Positions 25,001 through 38,782 of a stretch of DNA of 64,000 nucleotides are shown one piece after another. A program made the translations under genes and the position numbers. Numbering within the stretch: the stretch's first letter is position 1; every line of letters starts with the position of its first letter. Below the pieces are notes generated by a model. It made no database searches. It worked only from the letters and a program-made list of their open reading frames with translations, and was not told where the DNA came from. The DNA is from Vicugna vicugna (lineage: Eukaryota): NCBI GenBank assembly GCA_013265495.1, contig MU058531.1, positions 1,860,911 through 1,924,910 of the forward strand, read 5' to 3'.

Positions 25001-27329
25001 ATACAATTGTGTGTTATTTGTATGAGATCACTAGGAAAAGCAAAAGATTAAAATTACTAGATATGAAGAGTCTTAAAAAACTCAAGATCTCTCTTCTTAC
25101 TAATTAGGTATTCAAATGGTAGAAGACCAAAAGGAAACTCTTGACTTTATATAGAACATCCACTGTACATAGAGCATTGGGTAGCTAAGTGAAGTCTCGG
25201 GAAGCTGGGAATGTGACCAGTTAGAAGCAAAAGTAGGGGAATTAAAAAATTTTTTAAATAGCATAATAGAAATCAGAGAAAAGTAACAAGCACATCACGC
25301 ATCTGTTCCAAATACTTAATCACAATATAATCTTAACACTTCCTGGTTAAAGACAGACCTCCTCAATTTCCCAGAATACATGCTGGCATCAGTGGAATCT
25401 AAAGTGAAATTGCTTGCAGGAACATCTGTTATCAAGTGCCAGAGTGAATACTCAGTGTCTGTCAGACATCAAAAACTGCCTTCTGCTTCAAGAAAGAGTT
25501 CCCACCAGTTTCTGGTAAATTCTCTCCGACCAGTGAAGTTATATGTTGAAGAATATAGGGGCTCAGATCCACCTGTGTAGGGGCAAGAGCCTTGGTTTCA
25601 GGCTTACAGGAGACAGTAGAGCTGTAACTTAATCCTCTCCATAAAGCCACAAAGAATTCATGCTTCCAAGACTAGCAGAACTATCCACGAGCCCAGAATC
25701 ACAAAGTCATCTATGAGAAATGAGAATCCCAGGCCTATGCCACAGGTAAGCTTAAGGCTGGGTTTAGGCTGAGTGTATAGATAAAGAAACCAGAAATCAA
25801 GAAAAACAGCAAGTCAACTCTGGGACCCTAGCAGAAGCAAATACAAAACTGCCCTAGAGGAACAGTTTCAGATCGCGTCCCATAGCATTTCCATTGGGGG
25901 AAAGATTCTACATACTCAAAATCTTTAGTAGGCAACAAACTACTAGGAGGAAGAGTTAGCAGATGCAAATAGGAATTTTTTTTTTTTAAGAACTGCAAAT
26001 GGAATAATCTGAAAGACCATAAAATATGATTAAGATAATTAGATATAAGGAAAGCATTTAAAAATTAGGCAAATTTGAAAAGGACTCATAAGTGAAAAAA
26101 ATTTGTTACTGGAATTGAAAACTTGATAGTTATCAATGCAGATTAGACACAGGTGAAGAGAGAATGTGAACTAGGAGACTGATCTTACAAAATCACCTAT
26201 GATGGGATACAGAGATGAACTGACAGACAATATGAAGATCAGGCAAAAATCATAGGAGATGGAATGAGAGCACCTAATAATACAGTTAGTGTGTGTGTGT
26301 GTTGGGCAGGGGGAGTTGTCCAGAAGGAAAAGGAGATGGGAAAAGAGACAAGAAGTTGTCTTTGACTTAGGTCTGATTTTTACACACCCCTGCATCCAGT
26401 CTATTAGCAGCCTCTACCATTTCTAGCTCCAAAATATATTCCAAGTCTGTGCACCATTCTCTGTCTCCACGCTGCTGTAGTTTCTACCATCTTAACTCTT
26501 CTGGACTACTATATTCTAGCTGGTCTTCCTGCTTGCAAGCCTCCCATGGCTTCCTAAAACACTCGTACTGAATCTGAACTCCCTACCATGGTATACATGC
26601 CCTACAGGTTCTGACCCCTGCCCATCTCTGATTTTCTCTCATCATATCCCACCATATTTACCCCAGTCAAGTCAGTCTGTCTTCCTGCTTATATCTCAAC
26701 ATAAAGCTCAATGTGTTTCCATCTTGATTTTGCTTCTTGCACAGCAAGGTGAATGGTGTCATGGGGAGACATGGAATACTGAAAAGGGAACAAATTGGGA
26801 AGAGGAAGAAAAAAATCAAGAATTATCTTTTGGTCATTAAATTTGAGATTCTTATAATAGCAAATTAGAGATGTTGCACAGACAGTTGAATACAGGAGTC
26901 TAGAGCTCAAAGGAAAGGTCAAGACTAGAGAGAGAAATTTGGAAGATAGTATTTTAAGGTATATATGGGACCAAATGAGATTTCTTGGGGTGTTATTTCT
27001 ATAGTGAAATACTATACTGCAGTGAAAAATAAAATTAAAATGAATAATAAAACACGAATAAATCTCAAAAGCAAGGTTCAATGAAAAAAGAAAATACGTT
27101 ACCATTTGAGTCCATTTATATAAAGACTAAAAATAGGCAAAAATAAAATGATTTTTAGGGATATACAAACAAATAACATATATGGTTATTTCACACTTGA
27201 AAAAGAAAACTAAGTGACAGTCATATGCACAACACTTATTGATCATTTCCTACTCTGTACCAAACTCAATGGTAGAAGCGCAAAGACCAGTGAGGAGGGA
27301 GGATGCCTAAGCCAACAGCTGGTATAATT

Positions 27330-28945
27330 ACAGTAATTTCAGAAGAAGTAGACTTCAAGGCAAAAAATATTTGTAGTAAAGAGGACTATCTCATAATGAT
27401 AAAGTGATTCAGCTAACCAAGAGGGTATAACAACTCTAAAGTGATACACATCTCAAAGTCCATAAAGCAAAAATAGACAGCTACAATAATGAAATGGACA
27501 GATCCAAGGTCAGTTAGAGATTTTAACACAGTTAACAAATGTGACTTAATTGAGATATATCTAGATATATACAGCAATTGTGAAATACATTCTTTGGAGG
27601 TGTATGTGGAACATTTATCAAAACTGACCATGTGCTGAGCCACAATGCAAATCCTGGCAAATTTCAAGAAATCAGTCTCATATATATATGTAAGACGCTT
27701 TATATGTACAGGGTCTACTTTCTCCACTCCTATTCAAGAGAGAGGGTACTACTGGCATAAAGATAGACCAAAGGTACACTTGAAGTCCTTCCCACTGCAA
27801 TATGGCAATAAAAGGGAAGTATACAGATCAGAAAGTAAGCGACAAAACTGTTCTGACTTAACAATGATTGTGTAAAATTCCAAAGAATCTACAAGGAATC
27901 TACTAAAATTGAGTTTGGCAGATTCTCAGAATAGAAAGTCAATATACAGAAAGTCAAATGCATTTCTATATACTTGGCAATAAAAAATTAGAAACTGAAA
28001 ACTTTAAACATACTTTATATTATAGCAGTAAAACCCATGAAATACTTAAGTATCACTTATATGTGGAATCTAAAAAAATGACACAGTTGAACTTACTTAT
28101 AAAACAGGAGACTCAGACATAAAAAACAAACTTCTGGTTACCAAAGGGAAAAGAAGGGATAAACTGGGACTTTGGCATTAGCAAATACAAAGTACTACAT
28201 ACAGAATAAGAAAACAACAAGGTCCTACTGTATAGCACAGGGAACTATATTCATAACATAATAACCTATAATGAGAAAGAATATGAAAAAGATTATATAT
28301 ATGTGTAACAATCACCATCCTGTACACCAGAAGCACAACACTGTAAATCAACTATACTTCAATTAAAACCAACCAACTTACAACCAACAATCCCTGACAA
28401 AACTGATTAAAAACAATATTAGTTAGAATTATTTTGTTCTTAAACATCTGTCATGTAATAGGTTCCAGCCTCCTCTGTGCCAAAGTTAAGTTACATGCAT
28501 ACACACACTTTGGAAGGTGTTTAGGTAAGAGAAGTGCAATGTATTGCACTCATGGTAAGGGTAATTTTTGCCTGTGCATTATTCTCATTAATCAGTGACA
28601 GATGGTTGTGACAATTTTCTTGTACTTTATGAAAACTGATCTGAAATTACACTTCATAGCATCTTTTAATGGTATATACAGAAAGAACAATTATTGCTAC
28701 TTCTGAGTGATATCTTCATTAGAGCATTAGGGAAAAAAGCCAAGTCATACCAGTTATCATTTTAGCTTTATTACTGAAAACTAAAATACCTTTGTTTAGT
28801 ATAAAAAACAAAACAAAACAAAACAAAAAACAAAAAAGACCTTATATAGAGATACATTTAATGGATTCAAAACAAAATTGTTCAGATTTCAGTTTTCCCC
28901 ATACTGATCTGTAGACACAAGACAATTTCAGTCAAAATTCCAGAA
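27330..28945 (+). mobile_element. Old degenerate L1 ORF2 fragments interrupted at about 28051-28835
   Basis: Endonuclease and RT remnants (gtagacttcaaggc; aaagtcaatatacag; ccccatactgatctgtaga). Confidence 0.65.
28051..28370 (+). mobile_element. Artiodactyl-type L1 3'UTR fragment
   Basis: tatcacttatatgtggaatctaaaa...ctgtatagcacagggaactatatt...actatacttcaatt. Confidence 0.85.
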
Positions 28946-28947
28946 GA

Positions 28948-31900
28948 GGGGAGGGAGGTGCCAAAATGGCAGAGTTAGAGAGGCTCACAGCTCACCCTCT
29001 CCCACAAATACACCAAGAATTACATCTACAAACCAACTGAATCGCACAGAACACCTACTGAACTCTGGCAGAGTGTCTCACTTCAAAATACAGGAGGATT
29101 ATCACAAAATCTGGTAAGAGAAAAAAGGAAAAAAAAAAATCGGTGCAGGACCAGTCCTGCAGGCAGGGAGTGGCAAAGGAAGAAAGGCACCCTCAAACTG
29201 GCATGCCCCTCTGCAGCTGAGAGGTCAGCAGGGACAGAAGCAGAGCTTCTGAGGCTCCGAGGAGGAAGTAGCTGGGGCCCACTGTGTGGAGGCAGCCTCA
29301 GGGGACTGGAGGGCAGTGTAAGCTCTGGCTGCAGGGGTGTGTGGAACAGAACAGCCTGGGACCCCCCCACAAAAAAGCACTACTGCTGGTGTGGGGCGGA
29401 GGGGCACACAGCAGCTGCGCTATAGCCACTTTCTCTACTTTGCTCCATTGCTGGTTTGCTCTCTCGAAAAGAGGTGGGGCTTGGATACAGCCATCACTGC
29501 TGCGCGGAGGCGGGGCTGAAGCTGAATCCATACCCAGCTGCCGTGCATCTTCATAGGTGGGACTGAGATTTGCTTACAGCCCCAGGCAGGTAGGGCAGAT
29601 TTGCTCTCTCTGGACCTTTTGTGGACCTGCACCTCTGGGATGAACAGGTATTGAGCTGAGGTCTGGTGCACAGTGGGGGTGAGTACAGGTATTTACAACA
29701 GGCCAGCGTACCGTAGTACCTAGTACCGTACATGGAGGTGGGGCTGGGGTCTGCACTGACACTGTGGCACACCATGGATGTGTGACTGCACACTCGCTAT
29801 GGCGGGTCATAGTGCCTGACATTGGTGGCTCTGCACTGGTGGTTCCTGGGGCCCAGAACACCAGAACTGGTGGTTGACATCACCACAGCTAAGGCGGGGA
29901 CAAAGGTAGCATCAACAAAGAATACTTTGTAAGCCCACATAACAAATGACAAGACAACACCACAGAGGACACTTTCCAGTGGACAGCAGAGGTACACTCA
30001 GCGACTCTAATTCTCAGCTGAAGTGCTCCAACCCTGCCTACCACAAAGTGCAGCTCAGAAGCGGGTCTAGAAGCCTCTCTTCCAGCAACAGGGGTGCAGA
30101 CCGGGACCCTGTGAGGGCTGTGACAACCACAGAACAAAAAAGGAGGCCTTGCTCAACAACAAAATCAGGACAGGCTCTGATCACCACAACACCAACCACA
30201 CCCCCAATCAAACAGATAACAGCCAATACACACAGAAGAAACACATGGCAACCATCCATACTAAGAACAGCCCTTGAAACAAAACTATTAGATGCACACA
30301 GTCTACACAGGAATGCTCCCACTTTAAATAAAAACAAAATGGAAGAGGTAAAATTGTCACTATATGCGAATGACATGACACTGTATATAGAAAACCCTAA
30401 AAGCTCCACACAAAAACTACTACAGCTGATGGAAGAATTTGGTAAGGTAGCAGGATACAAGATTAATATACAAAAGTTATTCACATTTCTTTACACTAAC
30501 AATGAATTAGCAGGAAAAGAAAGTAAAGAAACAATCCCTTTTAAAAATGCATCAAAAACAAAAAAAAATCCTTAGAAATAAATCTGACCAAGGAGGTGAA
30601 AGACTTATACGTGGAGAACTACAAAACACTGATTAAGGAAATTAAAGATGACTTAAAGAAATGGAAAGATATCCCATGCTCTTGGATTGGAACAATCAAT
30701 ATTGTTAAAATGGCCATACTGCCCAAGGCAATCTACAGATTCAGTACAATCCCTATCAAATTACCCAGGACATTTTTCAGAGAACTAGAACAACCAATCC
30801 TAAAATTTATATGGAATCACAAAAGACCCAGAATTGCCAAAGCAATATTAAAAAAAAAAGAATGAAGCTGGAGGAATAACCCTCCCAGACTTCAGACAAT
30901 ACTACAGAGCTACAGTAATAAAAACAGTGGTACTGGCATAAAAACAGACATATGGATCAATGGAACAGAACAGAGAGCCAAGAAATAAACCCACAGACCT
31001 ATGGTCAACTAATATGCAACAAAGGAGGCAAAAATATACAATCGAGAAAAGACGGTCTGTTCAGCAAGTGGTGTTGGGAAAACTGGACAGCAGCATGTAA
31101 ATCAGTGAAGCTAGAACACTCTCCCTCATACCATACGCAAACTCAAAATGGCTTAAAGACTTAAATATAAGATAAGACACAATAAATCTAGAAGAACACA
31201 CAGGCAAAACATTCTCTGGCATAAATCTTAGCAATGTTCTCCTAGGGCAGTCTACCCAGGCAATAGAAATAGAAGCAAAAATAAACAAATGGGACCTAAC
31301 TAAAATTATAAGCTTTTGCACAGGAAAGGAAACCATAAGCAAAACAAAATGACTACCTACTGAATGGGAGAAAATATTTGCAAATGATGCAACTGATAAA
31401 GGCTTCATTTCCAGAATATATAAACAGCTCATACAACTTAATAACAAAAAAAACCAAACTCAATCCAAAAATGGGCAGAAGACCTAAAGAAGCAATTCTC
31501 CAATGAAGACATATGAATGGCCAATAGGCACATGAAAAAATGCTCAATATCACTAATTATCAGAGAAACGCAAATCAAAATTACAATAGGTATCACTTCT
31601 CACCAGTCAGAATGGCCATCATTCAAAAGTCCATGAATGATAAATGCTGGAGAGGGTGTGGAGAAAAGGGAACCCTCCTACACTGCTGGTGGGAATGTAG
31701 TTTGGTGCAGCCATTATGGAAAACAGTATGGAGATTCCTTAAATGACTGAAAACAGACCTACCATATGATCCAGCAATCTCACTTCTGGGTATATATCCA
31801 GAAGGAACTCTAATTCAAAAAGATACATGTACCCCAATGTTCACAGCAGCACTATACACAATAGCCAAGACATGGAAGCAACCTAAATGTCCATCAACAT

Positions 31901-32434
31901 GACTGGATAAAGAAGATGCGGTATATTTATACAATGGAATACTACTCAGCCATAAAAAGTAAAATAATGCTGTTTGCAACACCATGGGTAGACCTAGAGT
32001 TCGTCATTCTAAGTGAAGCCAGAAAGAGAAAGTAAAATCCGTATATCACTCATATGTGGAATCTTAAAAAAAAGAAAAAAAAGGAAAAAAAGGACAATAT
32101 AAACTCATCCACAAAACAGAAACAAACTCACAAAACAGAAACAAACTCACAAGACAGAGTAAACAATCTTATGGTTACCAGGGGAAGGGGGTGGGAAGAG
32201 ATAAATTTGGGAGTTTGAGATTTACAAATGTTAGTTACTATATATAAAACTAGATTAAAAGAAAAAAAAATTTCTTCTGTATAGTAAAGGGAACTATGTT
32301 CAATATCTGTAATTACCTTTAATGAAAAAAATGAAAACCAATATATGTATGTATATGCATGACTGGGACACTGTACTGCATACCATAAATTGATACACTG
32401 TAATTGACTGTACTTCAATAAATAAATAAATAAA
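28948..32434 (+). mobile_element. Lineage-specific L1: 5'UTR joined directly to the C-terminal half of ORF2, then 3'UTR and (AAAT)n tail
   Basis: GC-rich 5'UTR at 28948-30330; ORF2 peptides [22 protein letters not shown] and [20 protein letters not shown] with frameshifts; tail at 32417-32434. Confidence 0.88.
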
Positions 32435-32542
32435 TCAAAGTAAAAAACAGAAATGAAAAATACCTTTGATCAGCTAGCTCACCAGTAGACTTGACAATGA
32501 ATGAGTCAGTGTACTTGAAGATATGTCAGTAAAAACTTCCCA

Positions 32543-32930
32543 TAATAACTGTAAGGAATATAACCTTTAAAAATTGTATTAAAAAAAACAGCATGAAAAT
32601 AAACTAAGAAACGCAAATTTTTTTAAAAAGAGATACAAACTTCCAGGTAGAAGATAAATAAGTACTAAGGATATAATGTACAACATGATAAATATAATTA
32701 ACACTGCTATGAGTTTTATATGAAAATCATTAAAAGAGTAAATCCTAACAGTTCTCATCAAAAGAAAAAAAATTTTCCTTTTTATTCTGTATTTATATGT
32801 GATGATGGATGTTCACTAAACTTACTGTGATCATCACTTCATAATGTATGTAAATCAACTCATTATGCTGTACACTTGAAACTTAAAGAGTGCTGTTTGT
32901 CAATATTATCTTAAGAAAACTGGAAGGAAA
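32543..32930 (+). mobile_element. L1 3'-end insertion into host ORF1
   Basis: Flanked by duplicated aacttccca (about 32534 and 32935); L1 3'UTR motifs. Confidence 0.75.
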
Positions 32931-33361
32931 AAATAACTTCCCAAACTGAAATTCAAAGAGAAAAAAAATGATAAAGACAACACTATTCACGAATTCAGAG
33001 ACTACACTATAACATAGGTATAATGGAGTATCAGGAGACAGAGAGAAAGGAGCAAAATAAATATTTTAAGCAATAATGACTGAGAATTTTCCAAAATTAA
33101 TGTTGCAAAGCAAACCACAGATCCAGGAAGCTCAGAGAACAGCAAGCAGAATAAATTGTTCCCCTCACCCCAAAATCTACACCCAGGCATACCATATTTA
33201 AACTGTAGAAACCCAAAGATAAAAATTTCTAAAAGAAGCCAGAGGGGAAAAAATGCTTTACCTATAAGGAACAATGATTTAAAAAAAAAAAGCCATCAGA
33301 CTTTTCTTCACAAACCATGCAAGTAAGTAGACTAGAGCGAAATACTTAAAATGCTCAAAAA

Positions 33362-33476
33362 GGCGGAAGGGTATAGCTCAGTGGTAGAGCTTAGCATGAA
33401 GGAGGTCTGGGGTTCAATCCCCAGTACCTCCATTAAAATCAATCAATCAATCAATCTCTCCCCTGCCCCAAAAAAA
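33362..33476 (+). mobile_element. Vic-1-type SINE
   Basis: gggtatagctcagtggtagag...gggttcaatccccagtacctcc followed by a tail. Confidence 0.88.
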
Positions 33477-34310
33477 CTGAAGGAAAAAAAAAGTGGTGAA
33501 AGGAAAAAAGTGAAAAGAACTGAAGGGAAAAAAAAATGGTGATCCAATTCTGGATCAAGCAAAATTATCCTTCAAAAATGAAGGAAAAATAGACTTTCTC
33601 AGACAAACAAAAACTGAGGAGTATGTCACCAGTGGACCTGACCTGCATCAAATATTAAAGGAAATTCTCCGGAGAGAGAGAAAATAACATAGCTCAGAAA
33701 CTCGGATCTACATAAAGAAAGGAAGAACATGTAAAGGAATGTAAGTAAAATAAAACCTTCTACTTTTAAAGCTCTTAATCTATAGATAACTGTTCAAAAT
33801 AATAGCAAAAATGTTATTTCTTGATTAAAGCTTATATAGAAGTGAAACGAATGACAGCCATGTTACAAGGGACCAGAGGGATGAACTGGAAATACTCTGA
33901 AACAGTGTCTGTACTACCCATGAAGTCACTTAAAAGTGGCCTTAGATTAGTGTAAATGTAAATTGCAAACTCTAGGGCCACCAATAAAAAAATCTGTAAA
34001 AGAATATAATTGAAACTCTAAGAAATGAGAGAAAGTGGAATCTTATAATTTGCTCTGATAATCCAGAAAAGGCAGAAAAAGAGAAAATTTATAAAGAAAC
34101 CAAAAATGAGAGCAATGCATAATAACCGGCTATAAATATGGTAGATAATAATTCAAATATATCAATAATCACTAAGTGTAAGTGACCTAAATACACCAAT
34201 TAAAAGGTAGAGATTGAGAGAGCAAGTAAAAAAATAAGACCCAACTACATGTTATCTACAAGAGACCCACTTTAAATGTAAACACATAGATTAAAAGTAA
34301 AGGTATGGAT

Positions 34311-35045
34311 TCACCTCAGACCCATTAGGGTAGCTACTAGTGAAAAAGAAAAGAACAAATGTTAGCAATGATGTGAAGAAACTGGAACCTACTGGCACCC
34401 TTGTAGTGAGAGTGTAAGATGGTGCAATCACCATGGAAAACAGTATCATAATCCATCAAAAAATTAATAATTACCATTTGATCTAGCAATTATACTTCTG
34501 AGTATCCAACAGAACTGATAACAGCATTTTAAGGAGATATTTGCACATCCATTTTCATAGCAGCATTGTTCAAAATAGCCAAGAAGGTAGAAGCAACCCA
34601 AGTACGCAACCATGGATGGATGAATGGATAAACAAAATGTAGTACAGACAAACAATGGAATATTACTCAGCTTTAACACAGAAGGAAACTTTGGCACATG
34701 CCACAATATAGATGAACCTTGAGGACATTATGCTAAGTGAAATAAGCCAGTCATAAAAAGACAAATACTATATGATTCCATTTAAATGAAGTATCTAGAG
34801 TAGTTAAATTGATACCAACAGAAAGTAGAATGGTGGTTTCCAGGGGCTGGGGAGGAAGTGGGTGGGGCAGTTGTTGCTTACTGGGTATAGCATTTTAGTT
34901 GTGCAGGAAGTAGAAGTTCTGGAAATTCACTGTACAACAATGAATATACTAAACACTACTGAACTGGACACTTAGAAATGGTTTAGATGGTAAATTTTGT
35001 AACATGCTTTTTTTTAAAACCACAACTAAAATTTAAAAAAAAATT
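34311..35045 (+). mobile_element. L1MB-like 3' end inserted in the host endonuclease region
   Basis: gatgaaccttgaggacattatgctaagtgaaataagccagtca and related motifs; the host endonuclease sequence resumes near 35050. Confidence 0.78.
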
Positions 35046-35175
35046 TTAAGTAGAGATTAAGAAAGATACACCATGCTAACACAAATCAAAAGAAAGTTGC
35101 AGTAGTTACATTAATTATAGACAAGGCAGACTTCAGAAGGCGGAAGATTATCAGGGATAAAAAAGGGAACTACAT

Positions 35176-37200
35176 GGGAGTGGTAGGACCACAAGCTCAC
35201 TTCTCCTCATGAGTACAACCAAACCAAAACTCACTGCTAGACAACCACTGAAAAAAAGACTGGAACCTAGCAAAGAAAATCATCCTCAACAGGAGACATA
35301 AAGAGGGAACCACAGTAGGACGGTAGGAGGGGTGCGCTCATGATATAATTGAGCTCAATACCCCCGGGTGGGCGACCCACAAGCTGAAGAATAATTAAGT
35401 CACAGAGGCCTTCCCACAGGAGTGAGAGGCCTCTCCCACAGGAGTAAGAGATCTAAGCCCCAAATTAGGCTCCCCAGCCCCGGGTTCCGGCATTGGGAGG
35501 AGGAGACCTCAGGACATCTAGTTTTGACGGCTAGTGGGGCCTAGATCCAGATTCCCCACAGGACTGGGGGAAACAGATTTCACTCCCTTGGGAAGCATAC
35601 ATAGAATCTTGAGTGTGCCCAGGTCCAAAGGCAGAGGCAAGGATTTCATAGGAACCTGGGCCAGACCTGCCTGCTGGTTTTGGAGAGTCTCCTGGGGAGG
35701 CAAGGGATGGCTGCAGCTCACCCAGGGGACATAAAAGCTAGTGGCAGACATTCTGGGAGTGTTAATCTTCATGAGCTTTCCTGGAGGCTGACACCTTGGC
35801 TAGATCATTAGCACCAAGACCTAGCTCCACCCAACAGCCTGCAGGGAAGCATCAGGCCAAACAACATACAGGGTGGGAACACAGCCCCACCCATCAGCAG
35901 ACTTCCAAAGCCACAAAGGCCTCTAGACACAGCCCTACCCACCAGAGGTCCAGGACCAAGCTTCACCCAGCAGTGGGCAGGCACCGGCTCCTCCTGCCAG
36001 GAACCCTGCATAAGCCTCTAGTCCAGCCTCATTCATCAGGGGCAGATACCAGAAATAAGAACACAACAATCCCAAAGCCTGTGGAAGGAATCCACAAACA
36101 CAGACCAGACTCTACACTGGGACTGCCTGGACCCCAGCCCTTGGGTGACGGGAGGAGTGTGCTGCTGGGATGCATAGGATGTCCCCCACAGAGGGCCACC
36201 TCTCCAAGGTCAAGAAATGTAATTAACCTACCTAAAAATATAAATAGAAAGATAAGCAATATGAGGCGGCAGAGGAATATCTTCCAGGGCAAGGCACAAG
36301 ATGAAATCCCAGAAAAAGAAATAAGTGATGAGAAGAGAGGGAATTTATCTGAGAAAGAGTTTAAAGTAATGATGGCAAAGATGTTCAGAGAACTCAAGAG
36401 GAGTATAGATGCACAGAGTGAAGTTTTTAGCAAAGAGCTGGAAAATATAAAGAATACCCAAACAGAGCTGAAGAATAAAATCACTGAAATGAATAATGCA
36501 CTAGAAGGAACCAAGAATAGACTAAATGAGGCAGAAGAATGGATCATTGAGCTAGAAGACAGATTAGTGGAAGTCACTACTGCAGAAAAGAAAAAAGAAT
36601 GAAAAGAAATGAGAATAGTTTAAGAGAACTCTGGGACAACATGAAGCGCACTAATATTTGCATTACAGGGGTCCCAGAATGAGGAGAGAGAGAAAGGACC
36701 TGAGAAAATTTTTGGAGATAATAACCAAAAACTTCCCCAACTTGGGAAAGGAAATAGTCACTCAAGTCCAGGAAGCACAGAGAGTTCCACACAGGATCAA
36801 CCAAAGAGGAACACACCAAGGCACATAGTCATCAAACTGACAAAAATTAAGGATAAGGAGAAAATATTAAAATCAGCCAGAGAAAAGCAACAAACAACAT
36901 ACAAGGGAACTCCCATAAGGTTATCAGCTGATTTTTTAGCAGAAACTCTACAGGCCAGAAGGGAGTGGCATAATATATTTAAAGTGATGAAAGGGAAGAA
37001 CCTACAACCAAGAATTCTCTATCCAGCAAGGCTCTCATTCAGATTTGACCGAGAAATCAAAAGCTTCACAGATAAAGATTAAAAGAATTCAGCACCACCA
37101 AACCAGCTTTACAACAAATGTTAAAGGAACTTCTGTAGTCATCAAACCATAAGAAAAGAGAACAAAAAGAAGAAGGGGAGGAGGGGAGACCTACAAAAGA
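35176..37200 (+). mobile_element. Younger L1 5'UTR plus disrupted full-length ORF1 (36261-37138)
   Basis: MRRQRNIFQ...EFKVMMAKMFREL...coiled coil; frameshift in an A-run near 36590 and a TGA near 36680; ORF1 ends ...KELL*. Confidence 0.9.
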
Positions 37201-37740
37201 TTGCTTTGGCAGTTTAGGGTCTTTTATGGTTCCATATAAATTTTGGAACTGTCTGTTCTAGTTCTGTGAAAAATGTTATGTGTACGTTGATAGTGGTTGC
37301 ATTGGATCCACAGATTGCTTTGGGTAGTACAGCCATTTTGATAATGTTGATTTTTTCAATGCAAGAGCACAGGATATCTTTCCATTTCTTTGTATCATCT
37401 TCAATTTCTCTCATCAGTGTTTTACAGTTTTCAGAGTATAGGTAAGCACCTTAGTTAAGTTAATTTCTAGGTATTTTTTTCTTTTTGATGCAATGGAAAT
37501 GTTTATGCCAGTTACAAAATTCTGGTTTTTGAAGTGGGAAAAAAAAGTGAATGAAGGGCTGCAAATGGCAAAATAGCCTCCTTTCTTATGGGTGAGTTTT
37601 ATTCCATTATTTATATATGCTGCATCTTCTTTATCCATTCATCTATTGATGTGCACTTAGGATGCTTCCATATCTTGGCAATTATAAATAATGTTGTTGT
37701 TAATAGCAAGGTGTATGTATCTTTTTGAATTAATTCTTAT
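37201..37740 (-). mobile_element. Inverted L1 ORF2 and 3' fragments
   Basis: ORF 37214..37414 KKWKDILCSCIEKINIIKMAVLPKAI; 3' ORF2/UTR motifs at 37580-37740. Confidence 0.85.
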
Positions 37741-38482
37741 TTTGTGGTTGGCTTTATTCCTTTGATAACTATGTAAGTTTAAAAAGCTAAAGCTATAAAT
37801 GCTCTTAGAAACAATGAACAGTACATATATGTACAGTTTTAAAAATATGTGCAGTATATTGTGTATATGTATGTATATGCAATACACTGTACATGTGCAG
37901 TGAAACTGTAACAATTCTACCTAGTAAAACTGAAAAACAAAACAAAACAAGAGGGGGGGGCATCACCTAATGAAAAGAGGATCAATTCTCCAAGAAGACA
38001 TGACAACCTTAAGGTGTACACGCCTAACAACAGAACAGGCAGAAACTGATTGAACTCAAGGGAGAAGTAGACAAATCCACCATTACAGTTGGAGGTGTCA
38101 ACACATCTCTATCAGTAATGGACAGATTCAGCAGGTAAAAAAAATCAGTAAAGATGCAGGAGAACTTAACAATACAAAATAGCAGAATATACATACTTCT
38201 CAAGCTGACATGGAACATTGACCAAATCAGGCCACATTCTGGGCCCTAACACACACCTCAACAAACTTAAAAGAAATCTTACAAAGTATGCTCTCGGACC
38301 ACAATGGAATTAAACTGGAAATCAACAGAAGAAAGACACATGGAAAATTCCCCAAATATCTGGAGATTAAACAACACATTTCTAAATAACACATAAGTCA
38401 AAGAAAAAAATCTCAAGAGTAATTAAAATAGTATTTTGAACTAAATGAAAATACAACTTATCATTTTGTAATAATATTGTAA

Positions 38483-38610
38483 GGGGGAGAGTATAGCTCA
38501 AGTGGTAGAGAGCATGAATAGCATGCACAAGGTCCTAGGTTCAATTCCCGGTACCTCCTCTAAAAATAAATAGACCTAATTACCTCCCCCCAAAAGAAAT
38601 AAAATTTAAA
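38483..38610 (+). mobile_element. Vic-1-type SINE
   Basis: A and B boxes plus tail; approximate TSD taataatattgta/tagtaatattgca. Confidence 0.88.
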
Positions 38611-38782
38611 ATAATAGTAATATTGCAGTATTTTATATTACAAATGAAGAAAGATCTAAAATCAAAACCTGAGCTTCTACTCTACTAAACTGGAGAAGGA
38701 AAGTAATGTAAACCTAATGCAAGCAAAATAAAAGAAATAAAAATAAGAGCAAAAAATCAATGACACTGAAAACAGAAAAATG

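Noticed and set aside
32110..32150. 19-bp tandem duplication (a similar ~21-bp one is near 35403)
   Set aside because: Ordinary slippage inside L1 copies.
35796..36602. 268-aa ORF as a novel gene
   Set aside because: It is L1 5'UTR read in frame into a frameshifted ORF1.
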